In this document: piece by piece, positions 42,701 to 51,833 of the stretch
Layout of the letters: the number at the start of each line of letters is the position of its first letter
How positions within the stretch are numbered: position 1 is the stretch's first letter
Source: an uncultured candidate division Zixibacteria bacterium
Lineage (GTDB): Bacteria; Zixibacteria; MSB-5A5; GN15; PGXB01
DNA: 64,000 bases
Direction of reading: 5' to 3'
NCBI GenBank assembly: GCA_963702205.1
Contig: OY969724.1
Location: 224,001-288,000, forward strand
The notes under the pieces: generated by a model
The model's database searches: none
Seen by the model: the letters and a program-made list of their open reading frames with translations, nothing else
What the model was told of the DNA's origin: nothing
Translations under genes and position numbers: made by a program

Positions 42701-43746
42701 ATTCCGGTAACATAAGCGTATCCCGATGCGTCGACAGCTAGGCTATAGGCGTAGTCCCAGTCGCCGCCGCCGATAAAAGTGCTGTATTCGATGGTGCTGC
42801 CGTCCGGAGACATCGCTGTTACGATAACATCCCAGGACCCAGCGAAAGTCGAGTCATAGGCATTCAGGCGCGGGTAATTGGACGAGGCACTGTACCCGGT
42901 TATATAAGCACGTCCCGACGTGTCGACGTCGACGTCGAAGCATTCATCATAGCCGCTGCCGCCAATGAAGGTGCTGTATTCCAGTATCAGAGGTGCCGAC
43001 GGTTGTTTGTCGGCATATACCGGCCTTTCGTCTGCCGCATCGTCAGAAATAAAAACTCCTTCCTGAATCGAACCGACCGAATTCAAACGCGGCATATCAA
43101 AGCTGATTTTGTCTCCCCACTTGGTTTCGGCCACTTTTCGGCCATCGTTCGCAATAACCACGTTTTCCGCGCCCTGAAATCCGATATCGACCAGGTTTGC
43201 ATCGGCGCCCTCGGCGATTTTATATTCATAAATGGCCTGACCCGCCGCATTGAACGAAAATTCGATATCGATGCCGGGATAAATGCCTTTATATGTAACT
43301 CCGGAGTAATTGGCGACATCCCTCTGCCAGCGCGCCGGATCATTGCCGAGGAAATAATTGCAGCGATAGTCGAGCCGTCCCAGGCCGATTACTTCGGCTT
43401 GGGGATTGCGCCCCGCAAATTCCGCCTTCACCACAATGCCAATTAATGAATCAGGGCGGGATAATTTATTCGTCATACTCTGGTGCCCCGAACCGGACGC
43501 AGCGTCCACAGTCCGCAAAAATTGGCAGAAAATACCGTCCCTTGTAAACCAAAAAGTCGCACCGTCACCGCTGGCTCGGAACAGAATGTTTTCATCCCAT
43601 TGGCCCTTGTTTTCAGTGATGACTGTCGGCACGTCAGACTTGTATTGCCCGGCTCGCCGGTTTGTGTTCGCGGCTGTCGTATCGGAGAAGACAATCAAAG
43701 ACAGGATAAAAATCAACGCGGTGAATTCAATTATCCGTGTTTTCAT
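39736..43746 (-). CDS. Secreted SBBP beta-propeller / beta-helix / dockerin-like protein (1336 aa)
   Basis: ENKGQW, YSTYLGG repeats, GNYIG beta-helix, two GDA..D..VNL.D.LYLI repeats. Confidence 0.88.
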   Translation of the reverse strand: MKTRIIEFTALIFILSLIVFSDTTAANTNRRAGQYKSDVPTVITENKGQWDENILFRASGDGATFWFTRDGIFCQFLRTVDAASGSGHQSMTNKLSRPDSLIGIVVKAEFAGRNPQAEVIGLGRLDYRCNYFLGNDPARWQRDVANYSGVTYKGIYPGIDIEFSFNAAGQAIYEYKIAEGADANLVDIGFQGAENVVIANDGRKVAETKWGDKISFDMPRLNSVGSIQEGVFISDDAADERPVYADKQPSAPLILEYSTFIGGSGYDECFDVDVDTSGRAYITGYSASSNYPRLNAYDSTFAGSWDVIVTAMSPDGSTIEYSTFIGGGDWDYAYSLAVDASGYAYVTGITSSSDFPTENAYDSGYNGGDDVFIAKLSPDGSALEYSTYLGGSDNDDGMAIAVDNLGYAYMTGYTYSSDFPTEAAYDGSLGGTSDVFITKLSQTGDALEYSTYLGGGQEDQGYGIAVNASGQIYVVGLSYSSDFPTVNSYDGSLGGTNDAFVTKFTADGLTLIYSTYLGGTDDDYALGLALDATGKAYVSGVTHSVDFPTENPYDSDLNGNYDAFVTKMSSSGTAPEYSTYLGGNDDDESWAVAVDALGCAYITGQTSSSDFPTLNAYDAAQNGKDAFVTKLSPGGDALEYSSFLGGTLTDRGDNIAVDIFGSAYVTGPTYSSDFPLENEYDGSFNGAYDVFISKLRLPFDQVQSTADAGVGSLRWSLENLNAIPGPDTITFAISGTITLASPLELTDDSTLILGGTAPGGARSVIIDGVNAYGIGMTGDHCLLRDIVLKYGTIGMAGQYDTVAGCFVGTDETGLNRAASEYGSSIFVNGKHNVIGGCAPEDRNVIAPAGVPAWQEETGVTLNNDSNLVIGNYIGINSSGGAFTPVYSHGFGITLWPSGPMYGNKIGDISCGNYIGGCTWGINGMESPGTEIIGNVFGLAANLSDTIPNNFGITLDSCPHSLVNNNIIDGSVYEGLFLFHCDSVLIGENTIAGNGTIGIGLSGSSPESHFVTITKNILKYNGGLGIDLGANGVTVNDPGDGDTGPNDLLNYPKIDSLFMNPDSTFRVYGTAADSAIIEFFVAHPEGDTTKPADPSGYGEAWSYIGSDTADNNGDFEYMIDNTVPYFSLITATATDTLGNTSEFAPNFYLIPTPLIIVGYSPINLQVIDPVGDSIGKLSDNTYFNTIKTTATYDDAEHDSITIQYPLEGEYIVIVHPQGDPPPGSLYSIGIRIDGSLQAIVVKNANVPASGTADTLGYEVIEGYHFSNGDASRDDTVNLLDVLYLIGYLYNNPPGPAPDPVTAGDANCDRLVNLIDILYLIANLYNDPPGPAPCQLDL

Positions 43747-43918
43747 AGTACCTCCGGCGAGTAGACTTTGCGTGACAGAAAAAGGTCGTTCTTATAATAA
43801 AATTAAATATATCAAAATCAGGAATTTTCGCAAGTCCAAATGAATTACGCAAAGCCCCCAAAAAGCCCCGCCGAGGCGGGGCTTTGAGCAATTTCGCTAT
43901 GCTATGCCAAAGAAGAGC

Positions 43919-45442
43919 CTAGTACGCCTTGGCGAAGACGGCGTCGGTTTTGGCCGGTTTACCGCAGATGACGCACTTGCCCTCAGTGCCGCTCTGATTC
44001 ATCGGCAGGCAGCGGATGGTGACATTCATCTCGGCGGCTTTGGCTTCGCATTCGGCGCTGTCGCACCATTTGGACCAGGCGAAACCGCCGTGGATTTCCG
44101 GCTTGTCGGCGTTTTTCGGCGTGAAGAAAGCCACGAATTTATCGTACGTGTCGACGTCGTAGTACGTGTGCTTCTCCAGAAACTCTTTGGCCTGATCGTA
44201 GTAGTTCTTTTGTATCTCGTCAAGCAGGCCCGGAATCATGGCCGCGACTTCGTCTTTTGAGGGCGTCAGTTTTTCGCCCGGCAGGTCGCGGCGGTTCATG
44301 AACACGGTTCCCGATTCGACATCCCTCGCGCCGATCTCGATGCGCAGCGGCACACCTTTCTTGACCCAGTTCCATTTTTTCTCGGCCGAGCGGATGTCCT
44401 TGGTGTCGACAAACACCTGCACCGGCTTGCCATTGTACGTTTGCGAGGAGATCGATTTGGCGACCGTATCGATGTATTCCATAATGGCGATGTTGTCGGC
44501 TTCATCGCGGAGCACCGGTATGATCACGACCTGTTTGGGGGCGACCTTGGGCGGGACGCGAAGACCGTCGTCGTCACCGTGCACCATGATCATGGCGCCG
44601 ATCATGCGCGACGACACCCCCCACGACGTCGTGTAGGCGTCCTCCTGTACTCCGTCGGTGTTGAGAAAGCTTATCCCGAAGGCCGATGCGAAGTTCTGAC
44701 CGAGATAGTGCGACGTGCCCGACTGCAGCGCTTTGCAATCCTGCATGATGGCTTCGATACAGTATGTGTTAACCGCGCCGGGGAAACGCTCCGACGGCGT
44801 CTTCTCGCCGACTATTACCGGCACAGCCATAACTTCCTCAGCGAACCAGCGGTACACTTCGAGCATTTTCAAAGTCTCTTCGCGGGCTTCCTGTTCCGAG
44901 GCGTGGGCGGTGTGGCCTTCCTGCCATAAAAATTCGGTAGTGCGCAAAAATATTCTCGGGCGCATCTCCCAGCGGACGACGTTGGCCCACTGGTTGATCA
45001 AAAGCGGCAGGTCGCGGTACGACTGCACCCATTTGGCGAACGAGCGTCCGATGATGGTCTCCGACGTCGGCCGGACCACGAGCGGCTCTTCGAGCGGCGA
45101 GGTCGGGATCAGTCGGCCGTCTTTCAGTTCGAGGCGGTGGTGGGTGACAACGGCGCATTCTTTGGCGAAACCTTCGACATGCGCCGCCTCTTTTTCCATG
45201 AACGACAGCGGGATAAACAGCGGAAAATAGGCGTTGTCGTGGCCGGTGTTTTTTATTTGGGCGTCGAGTTCGTTTTTAAGATTGTCCCAGATGCCGTAGC
45301 CCCACGGTTTGATAACCATGCAGCCCCGCACGTGGGACATCTCGGCCATATCGGATTCTTTGATGACCTGTTGGTACCATTCGGGGTAGTCATCATTGCG
45401 GGTGGGTGTGATCGCCGTCCTGGGTTCTTTATTTTTCGCCAT
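43919..45442 (-). CDS. proS: Proline--tRNA ligase (archaeal/eukaryotic type)
   Basis: RPTSET, FLRTTEFLWQEGHT, GTSHYLGQNF, C-terminal FAKAY. Confidence 0.97.
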   Translation of the reverse strand: MAKNKEPRTAITPTRNDDYPEWYQQVIKESDMAEMSHVRGCMVIKPWGYGIWDNLKNELDAQIKNTGHDNAYFPLFIPLSFMEKEAAHVEGFAKECAVVTHHRLELKDGRLIPTSPLEEPLVVRPTSETIIGRSFAKWVQSYRDLPLLINQWANVVRWEMRPRIFLRTTEFLWQEGHTAHASEQEAREETLKMLEVYRWFAEEVMAVPVIVGEKTPSERFPGAVNTYCIEAIMQDCKALQSGTSHYLGQNFASAFGISFLNTDGVQEDAYTTSWGVSSRMIGAMIMVHGDDDGLRVPPKVAPKQVVIIPVLRDEADNIAIMEYIDTVAKSISSQTYNGKPVQVFVDTKDIRSAEKKWNWVKKGVPLRIEIGARDVESGTVFMNRRDLPGEKLTPSKDEVAAMIPGLLDEIQKNYYDQAKEFLEKHTYYDVDTYDKFVAFFTPKNADKPEIHGGFAWSKWCDSAECEAKAAEMNVTIRCLPMNQSGTEGKCVICGKPAKTDAVFAKAY

Positions 45443-45640
45443 AATATTTTCCAATCCTGATTCGTGTTGTTCCCGGTACTATTGTCGGGTTTCTCTCCCG
45501 ATTACATCTGGATCGGAACCCGACCTACCATGCCACGGGAATGACATTTTATTAAGTCGGCAAGATAATACGAGCTATTGAGTTGGACAAGGGATAACTT
45601 ATGCGATGCCGTGGGGCACTCCAACAATACTCGGGCTTTA

Positions 45641-46174
45641 TTATAACTTCAGCGGTTCGACGCCGCTTTCGAGTTCCAGAAGACGTTTCTTGCGCCAGAG
45701 CTTGCCACCATAACCGCCCAGCCCGCCGGAGCTTTCGATAACCCGGTGGCAGGGAATCACGACCGCGAGATAATTGGCGCCGTTGGCCCGTCCGACCGCC
45801 CGCACGCCTTTGGGGCTGCCGACGGCTTTTGCGATATCGGCGTAGCTGCGGGTCTGGCCATAGGGGATTTTCAGAAGCTCCTGCCAGACCTTCATCTCGA
45901 ACGGCGTGCCGGTGACGTCGATTTTAACCGTGAATTTTTTCAGAGAGCCGTTGAAATATCGTTCGAGCTGCTTTTCAAGATTATTCAAGTGGGGATGGCC
46001 GTTGGCGCTTTCGATGGTCGGGGTTTTATAGCGCCGCTCGACACGGGCCAAGATGAGGCCGACGCCGCCCCGGGCGTGCCATTCCAGAAAGCAGACACCT
46101 TTATTGGTCGCGCCACCGATCATGGGGCCCATCGGGCTCGAAAAATTCTTGTAGACAATTAACTGCTCGGGCAT
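45641..46174 (-). CDS. ogt: O6-methylguanine-DNA methyltransferase
   Basis: IPYGQTRSY, IPCHRV. Confidence 0.93.
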   Translation of the reverse strand: MPEQLIVYKNFSSPMGPMIGGATNKGVCFLEWHARGGVGLILARVERRYKTPTIESANGHPHLNNLEKQLERYFNGSLKKFTVKIDVTGTPFEMKVWQELLKIPYGQTRSYADIAKAVGSPKGVRAVGRANGANYLAVVIPCHRVIESSGGLGGYGGKLWRKKRLLELESGVEPLKL

Positions 46175-46337
46175 CAAGCCTCCCCACAAAACCAGGCTGT
46201 AATTTCAGCCAACGGTTAAAAAACGCTCATTGTATGTATAATTTAATCAAAGAAATGCCGCATGTCTATCATTTTCCGCTCGGGATGCGGGAAACGGGCG
46301 GAACTTACTTATTGATTTAGTCTTAGGGCCAGACATA

Positions 46338-46553
46338 TCAAAGAAACCTGGGGAGGATTATGGATAATATCAGCGACAAACCAAAAAAGAACGCAAAAGC
46401 GATCAGAGCCGTTTCGAGCGAGTTACGGCGGATTTTTGTTTTCTCGGCGAAGTGGTGGCGGTATTCGTTGTATGAGATCAAATAAGCCATCGCGGCGGCG
46501 ACACAGCCAAAAATGACCCCCAGAAAAACGACCATAATCGATTCCGACCTCAA
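46338..46553 (-). CDS. Small two-TM membrane protein
   Basis: Two hydrophobic segments; start uncertain. Confidence 0.55.
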   Translation of the reverse strand: MRSESIMVVFLGVIFGCVAAAMAYLISYNEYRHHFAEKTKIRRNSLETALIAFAFFFGLSLILSIILPRFL

Positions 46554-46608
46554 TTTCGCTTCTCCTGTAATATTAAATCATCCACCGGCAAAGCTGCAAG
46601 ATCATAAT

Positions 46609-47994
46609 CTATATGCCGAGCAAAAGTTTCGCCGTCGCAAAATAAATCAGAAGTCCCGATATATCAACAATTGTCGTCAACGCCGGGCTGGCCACAACAG
46701 CCGGGTCCCATTTCATTTTGGCCGCACCCAGCGGCAAAAGGGCCCCGATTATGGTGGCGGTTACGACCTGCAATCCGAGCGCGATGGCGATGGCAAAAGC
46801 GATGCGTGTCAACGGGAAGTGCATCGGGATGTCGGTGCTGCTGGAAAGAAACATCACCTTGCCCCACGACATGACCGCCAGGACGATCGCCAGAAGAATC
46901 GCGACTTTGAATTCCTTGAAAAGCACTTTCAGTACGTCTCCGGGCGAGATCTCGTGCAGCGCCAGCGCGCGCACGACAACCGTCGCCGACTGACTCCCGG
47001 TATTGCCGCCGGTATCGGCCACCATCGGCATATACAAAGCGAGGATAAGCAGATTCATGAGCGTATTTTCGAAACTGTGAATGATGAGGCCGGAGACAAG
47101 CCCGAGCGCCGCCAGACCGATAATCCAGTACGCCCGGTTTTTGAAATGCAGCCAGGACGACGTTTTAAGGTACACGCCCGCTTCATGGCTGCCGGTGATA
47201 GCCATCAGCTTTTCCATATCCTCGGTATGCTCCTGCGTGATGATGTCGAGAGCATCGTCGTGCGTGATGATTCCGACCAGAGCGTCGCCGCCGTTGAGGA
47301 CCGGGAGAGCCAAAAGATCGTACTTCTGGATTTTATTGGCGGCGTCCTCCTGATCGTCATCGACCCGCGCGAAAATAACCTCACGGTGCATGATATCTTC
47401 GACAAGAGCGTTGCTCCGCGCGATAATCAGATCCTTGAGCGAGACGAATCCGAGCAGCTTGCGGTTTTCATCGACAACATACGCGTAATAGATCGTCTCT
47501 TTATCCGGCGCCACCTGGCGGAGGTGGGCGATAGCCTGCGATGCGGTAAGCTGCCGGGGCAGGGTGGCATAATCCGACGTCATAACCGCGCCGGCGGTGC
47601 CTTCTTCGTAGGATACCAGCCGACGGATATCCTCCCGTTCCGCCTGGGCAAGGACGGGCAGGATGGCCTCGCGTTTGTCTTCGGACAGCTCCTTAAAAAG
47701 ATCGGCGCGGTCATCGGGCGGCATGTCGGCCAGGATACTGGCTATTTCCTCACGGCGGACATTTTCAACCATCGCCACCTGAAGGTCCTCGTCGAGATGG
47801 CTGAAAATCTCGGCCCGGTGCGGCGAATCAACCTGCCGCAACAGTTCCCAGGCTTCTTTGACGTCGAGCGCGGATATAAGCTCGGCCACGATGCCCGGGT
47901 GGTTGGCCTTGACGAATTCATTCAGGGCCCGGGCATTTTTGGCCGCGAGCATTTCGCGCAATTCGGGAATTAATATTGGATTTTTCTGAATCAT
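46609..47994 (-). CDS. mgtE: Magnesium transporter MgtE
   Basis: N domain, CBS pair, GGNTGSQS, PALTTIVD. Confidence 0.95.
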   Translation of the reverse strand: MIQKNPILIPELREMLAAKNARALNEFVKANHPGIVAELISALDVKEAWELLRQVDSPHRAEIFSHLDEDLQVAMVENVRREEIASILADMPPDDRADLFKELSEDKREAILPVLAQAEREDIRRLVSYEEGTAGAVMTSDYATLPRQLTASQAIAHLRQVAPDKETIYYAYVVDENRKLLGFVSLKDLIIARSNALVEDIMHREVIFARVDDDQEDAANKIQKYDLLALPVLNGGDALVGIITHDDALDIITQEHTEDMEKLMAITGSHEAGVYLKTSSWLHFKNRAYWIIGLAALGLVSGLIIHSFENTLMNLLILALYMPMVADTGGNTGSQSATVVVRALALHEISPGDVLKVLFKEFKVAILLAIVLAVMSWGKVMFLSSSTDIPMHFPLTRIAFAIAIALGLQVVTATIIGALLPLGAAKMKWDPAVVASPALTTIVDISGLLIYFATAKLLLGI

Positions 47995-48053
47995 GATTCA
48001 CCTCCGTTTCGGTTGCGACGGATTGCCGACCGCCGCCGGAGATGAATCGGGGG

Positions 48054-48191
48054 CTATGCTCGGACGGAGCAAAGGCCGATTGCATCGGCGGCAGCGTGAC
48101 GAATTCGCCGCAACTCAGAGTCATCGGGTCCGCTTTGCGTCATTTCGTCTTCTGCAAAGTGACGTTTATGACTGCCATCAGTGCCGTCCAT
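48054..48191 (-). CDS. Putative mgtE leader peptide (45 aa)
   Basis: AGGAGG SD then MDGTDGSHKRH...GLCSVRA*, ending 59 nt before mgtE. Confidence 0.45.
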   Translation of the reverse strand: MDGTDGSHKRHFAEDEMTQSGPDDSELRRIRHAAADAIGLCSVRA

Positions 48192-48304
48192 TGAACAGCC
48201 TCCTAAAAGTTAAAAAATTACCCCGGCGACCTTCTGTCGCCGAACCAGAATTATAAACGTATCGAATCCGAAAAAGTCAAGCAGGTTTCTGAATATAATA
48301 TGGC

Positions 48305-48646
48305 CTATTCGGTGTGGTTGTGGCGATAGACAATAACCCGGACTTTTTCCAGCGTCACGAGTCCCTCGCCGATCATCTTGTTCAGGTCCGGCAGAAACGC
48401 CTCGACCTTATCTTCGGTTTCGACAATCTCGACAATGACCGGCATGTCTTCGGACAGCCGAAGCAGTTTCGATGTGTGAATCCGGCTGTTGGCGCCGAAA
48501 CCGAGAAAGCCCCGCACCACCGTCGCCCCGGCCATGCCGCGCTTGCGGGCTTCCTCGACGATGACCTCGTAGAGTGGTCGGCCGTCGATTTTGTCGCTCT
48601 CCCCTATAAAAATCCGCAACAACAGAGAGCTGGAAGGAAGTTCCAT
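48305..48646 (-). CDS. DUF190 (PII-like) protein
   Basis: LRIFIGESD...GATVVRG..GFG...LSEDMP; follows crcB. Confidence 0.9.
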   Translation of the reverse strand: MELPSSSLLLRIFIGESDKIDGRPLYEVIVEEARKRGMAGATVVRGFLGFGANSRIHTSKLLRLSEDMPVIVEIVETEDKVEAFLPDLNKMIGEGLVTLEKVRVIVYRHNHTE

Positions 48647-48659
48647 AATCGATACTCCT

Positions 48660-49037
48660 TTAAATTAAGCGTCCGAGGGCTGCCCCGATAAACAACGCAA
48701 TCAAACCCAGCCCGTTTTGCAACAAAATATTACCGGCGGCGGAAGTCCATTGGGCGGCGTTAAGCATCTGGCCGGTCTCGAAAATAAACGCGGAAAAAGT
48801 CGTGAACGCACCCATAAAACCAACCAGCACCAAAATTCTGACTTGCCCGGTAGCGGGCCAGCGGCTTTCCAGCAAAGCCCAGATCAGGCCGGTCAGAAAG
48901 CAGCCGAGGATATTTACGGTGATCGTCCCCCACGGAAATGAAATGCCGTCGATGCGGTGAACAAGCCCGGCTAACCCGTAGCGTGCCAAAGTGCCCAGGG
49001 CACCGGCCAAAGCCAGCCAGGCAAATTTCTGAAACAT
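48660..49037 (-). CDS. crcB: Fluoride channel CrcB/Fluc
   Basis: GALGTLARY, FPWGT..VN, GFMGAFTTFSAF. Confidence 0.95.
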   Translation of the reverse strand: MFQKFAWLALAGALGTLARYGLAGLVHRIDGISFPWGTITVNILGCFLTGLIWALLESRWPATGQVRILVLVGFMGAFTTFSAFIFETGQMLNAAQWTSAAGNILLQNGLGLIALFIGAALGRLI

Positions 49038-49151
49038 GAGAAAGTCCTCCTTAAATCAACCTGTTCCGGGTCGCGTTGCGGCCATAAAAAAAGCCCCCGT
49101 GCGGCGGGTGATATGCATTTTTCCTGACCCGGCCGCACCAATAACCTGCGC

Positions 49152-49203
49152 GGCAGGAGTCATCAGCCCGGCCCGGGCGGTTCTAAGGGGGACCCCATCC
49201 CCG
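49152..49203 (-). ncRNA. Fluoride riboswitch
   Basis: GGGGATGGGGTCCCC...AACCGC...GCTGATGACTCCTGCC; downstream terminator about 49085-49105; upstream TTGACA-N17-TACTAT. Confidence 0.9.
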
Positions 49204-49320
49204 ATTCGCGGACAATAGTATTATACGGGGGTAATATTGTCAAGGCTATTGTTTTCTAAAAACCCGGCAGGTTTGCGAACCACCGGGCATAAGAATTTCA
49301 AACGAATATTCCCGCAGCAA

Positions 49321-49493
49321 GGGGCTTGTTGAAAAAGGGGTACAAATATATTCCGTCAGGTGATTATCCCGACGAAGTCGGGATCGACACCTGATGGCTT
49401 CTTTAGCTTCAATGACTTACAATGCGGTCAGGTCACACGCCCCGATAAATCGGGACGCAGGACCTGACCGAACAGACTTTTTCAACAAGCCCC
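49321..49493. mobile_element. MITE (173 bp) with perfect 17-bp TIRs
   Basis: GGGGCTTGTTGAAAAAG...CTTTTTCAACAAGCCCC, flanked by AA/AA. Confidence 0.75.
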
Positions 49494-49574
49494 AAGCTGC
49501 GGGCGACCCCGTCCGGGCGCAACGTACGAAGATTGTGTCGCCCACAGCTTGCTGTGGGTTCCATCATGGGGTAT

Positions 49575-49676
49575 AAACCGGGCAGACAGGTAACAATTTA
49601 GACCGGGGACATAGGTAACAGGTTAAATTACGGGACAGATCAAGGAGGTGATTCGTGCCGTGGAAAGAGACCTGTT
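49575..49676 (+). mobile_element. IS481-family left-end remnant
   Basis: Repeated GACA(T)AGGTAACA boxes, AGGAGG SD, truncated start MPWKETC. Confidence 0.6.
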
Positions 49677-49700
49677 ATTATAGTGGGCGGCAGATGTCCA

Positions 49701-49853
49701 GAGGCTGTCTCAAAAGTACTCTTTTTAAGTTCCGCGGGGTCTTGTCTGGACGAAGTCGGGATGTGACCCTGCGGTCTTTCAACGGTTTCCGTCGGGTGAC
49801 AATTTCGACCACGTCGAAATCAACACCCGACGGAACACTTTTGGGACAGCCTC
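49701..49853. mobile_element. MITE (153 bp), IS1182-like ends
   Basis: GAGGCTGTCTCAAAAGT...ACTTTTGGGACAGCCTC (16/17); 4-bp TSD TCCA. Confidence 0.8.
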
Positions 49854-49945
49854 TCCACATCTGCCCCCTTTTCCGTGCATCCTCCAGACGCTCGGGCACA
49901 TGTGGACATGTGCCGCGCACTAATGGGCGACCATGACCCAATCGT

Positions 49946-50722
49946 CTATTTAAATATCTCGGAGAAGAAATCTTTCATGTGCTGCCAGGAACGTCTATCA
50001 GCCGACGCATTGTAAGCGACGCCTTTCGAGGGATCGCTGCCGGAATTGGGATTGGTGAAGGAATGCACCGCGCCGGAATATATTATGAATTGATAATCGA
50101 CGTTGGCCGCGCGCATTTCATCCATGAAGGCTTTGATCTGGTCGAAGGAAGTATATGGGTCGTCGGCGCCGTGGCACACAAGAATTTTGCACTTGATATT
50201 TTTGGCTATTGAGGGATCGGGCGTGTCGAGGTTGCCGTGGAAACTGACCACGCCGTCAATATCGGCCCCCGAGCGCGCTAATTCCAGGACCGTCCCGCCG
50301 CCGAAACAGTAACCGATCGCGGCGATGCGGCCGTTGTCGCAGAGTTCGTTGCCCCGAAGGACGTTCAGCCCGGCCGTGACACGCCGCCTCATGAGCGGGC
50401 GGTCGTTGCGATATATGCTCGCCTGCTTTGACGCTTCTTCCGTTGTCTGCGGGCGGATCCCTTTACCGTACATATCCACCGCGAACGCCACATAGCCCAG
50501 TTCGGCCAGCTGGCGGCAGCGCGATTTGGCGTAATCGTTGAGACCGGTCCATTCGTGCACGACCAGCACGCCCGGCCGTTTGGCGCTGGTGGCGTTATCC
50601 CAGGCCAGATAGCCCTCGAGGACGGCGTCGCCGTCTTTGTATTCCACCGATTTAGTCACTATCTCTCCTCTCACCCCGGCTATGACGAAAAACACCAGGG
50701 CCAGACATACGACAAATTTCAT
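49946..50722 (-). CDS. Dienelactone hydrolase family protein
   Basis: HEWTG, GYCFGG, HGADD, HSFTNP. Confidence 0.92.
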   Translation of the reverse strand: MKFVVCLALVFFVIAGVRGEIVTKSVEYKDGDAVLEGYLAWDNATSAKRPGVLVVHEWTGLNDYAKSRCRQLAELGYVAFAVDMYGKGIRPQTTEEASKQASIYRNDRPLMRRRVTAGLNVLRGNELCDNGRIAAIGYCFGGGTVLELARSGADIDGVVSFHGNLDTPDPSIAKNIKCKILVCHGADDPYTSFDQIKAFMDEMRAANVDYQFIIYSGAVHSFTNPNSGSDPSKGVAYNASADRRSWQHMKDFFSEIFK

Positions 50723-50810
50723 CTCCGCTCCTTTTTATATATGCTTGATAGGGTACAAAACAGGGATTTCGTGTTGCGGTTCCCGGGAGGCTAATCCTGT
50801 AAACAGACCA

Positions 50811-50911
50811 GTAGGTCGGGTTCTGAATCCCCGTAACCGCGGGGATGAAAAACCTGACATCTTTTTGTCGGGTTTCTCGTTACACTTCGCTCCACTCGGA
50901 ACCCGACCTAC
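50811..50911. repeat. Inverted doublet of GTAG-type REP hairpins
   Basis: GTAGGTCGGGTT...CCTGACA and TGTCGGGT...ACCCGACCTAC; related copies at 32223-32269 and 45483-45528. Confidence 0.75.
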
Positions 50912-50945
50912 TTTTTTTAAACTTCACTATGTTATTTCTACGGAA

Positions 50946-51539
50946 TTACTTTGTCTTTTTCTTCGCCAAAACACCGGCGTTTTGCATGAGATGTTTCAGC
51001 AGGAGAATCTGACCGTGGTGGGTACAGAAATGTTCGAACACGTGGTACAAGGTCCAGGCCCGCGTGAATTTTGCACTTTTTTTGCCGTGTTTCAAAGTAT
51101 AAAATTTATCGAGGTCTTTATCACGCCAGGTCTTCATTTCTTTTAAAATCGCCCGCCGGGCTTTGGCCATCGCCGACAGGTACTTTTCAATCGTGTAGTT
51201 TTTCAGATACGACGGGTGCTTTCCGTTCGGCGCCAGCGGCATGCCGTCGTCTTCGAAGCCGAGAATTTTCACCGTCATTTTTTTGCCGTCGGGGTTCCAT
51301 TGAATTTCATTGGGCGCGATGCATACCCACCACACTTCGACCAGCGCGTTGTGGGCCAGGAGCATGCCGACCGTATTCATACCCGGCTTTTGCTGCCATT
51401 CGAGCTGTTTGACGGTCAGACCTTTCACGGCATTTTTGAGCTTCTTAAGTTGGTACTCAAGCTGAGCGGCCCAGAATCCGATCTGCTTTTGTGTTCTCGG
51501 ATCAAAACCATTGGCGATTTTAAGTTCGTACTTTTCCAT
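50946..51539 (-). CDS. DinB/DUF664 family protein
   Basis: NTVGMLLAH...E..W; HVFEHFCTHHGQI. Confidence 0.85.
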   Translation of the reverse strand: MEKYELKIANGFDPRTQKQIGFWAAQLEYQLKKLKNAVKGLTVKQLEWQQKPGMNTVGMLLAHNALVEVWWVCIAPNEIQWNPDGKKMTVKILGFEDDGMPLAPNGKHPSYLKNYTIEKYLSAMAKARRAILKEMKTWRDKDLDKFYTLKHGKKSAKFTRAWTLYHVFEHFCTHHGQILLLKHLMQNAGVLAKKKTK

Positions 51540-51833
51540 TTTATCTCCTCAAATGTGGAATTTTCGTTTTCGTGAATTTATAATGTACGGACAATATACG
51601 CGCGAAATCAAGTGAATACGGGAATTTGTGATACGGTTTCCGTCAGGTGACAATTTCGTTTTCGTCGAAATCAACACCTGACGGAACGATTTTACCCCAC
51701 GCTCGGGCACATGTGGACATGTGCCGCGCACAAACTTCCGGCGCACTTCATCTGCTGCGCACAACACATGTGGACATGTGCCGCGCACAAATATACACGG
51801 GAAAGCAAGTGATTACGGGAATTTGTAATATTG

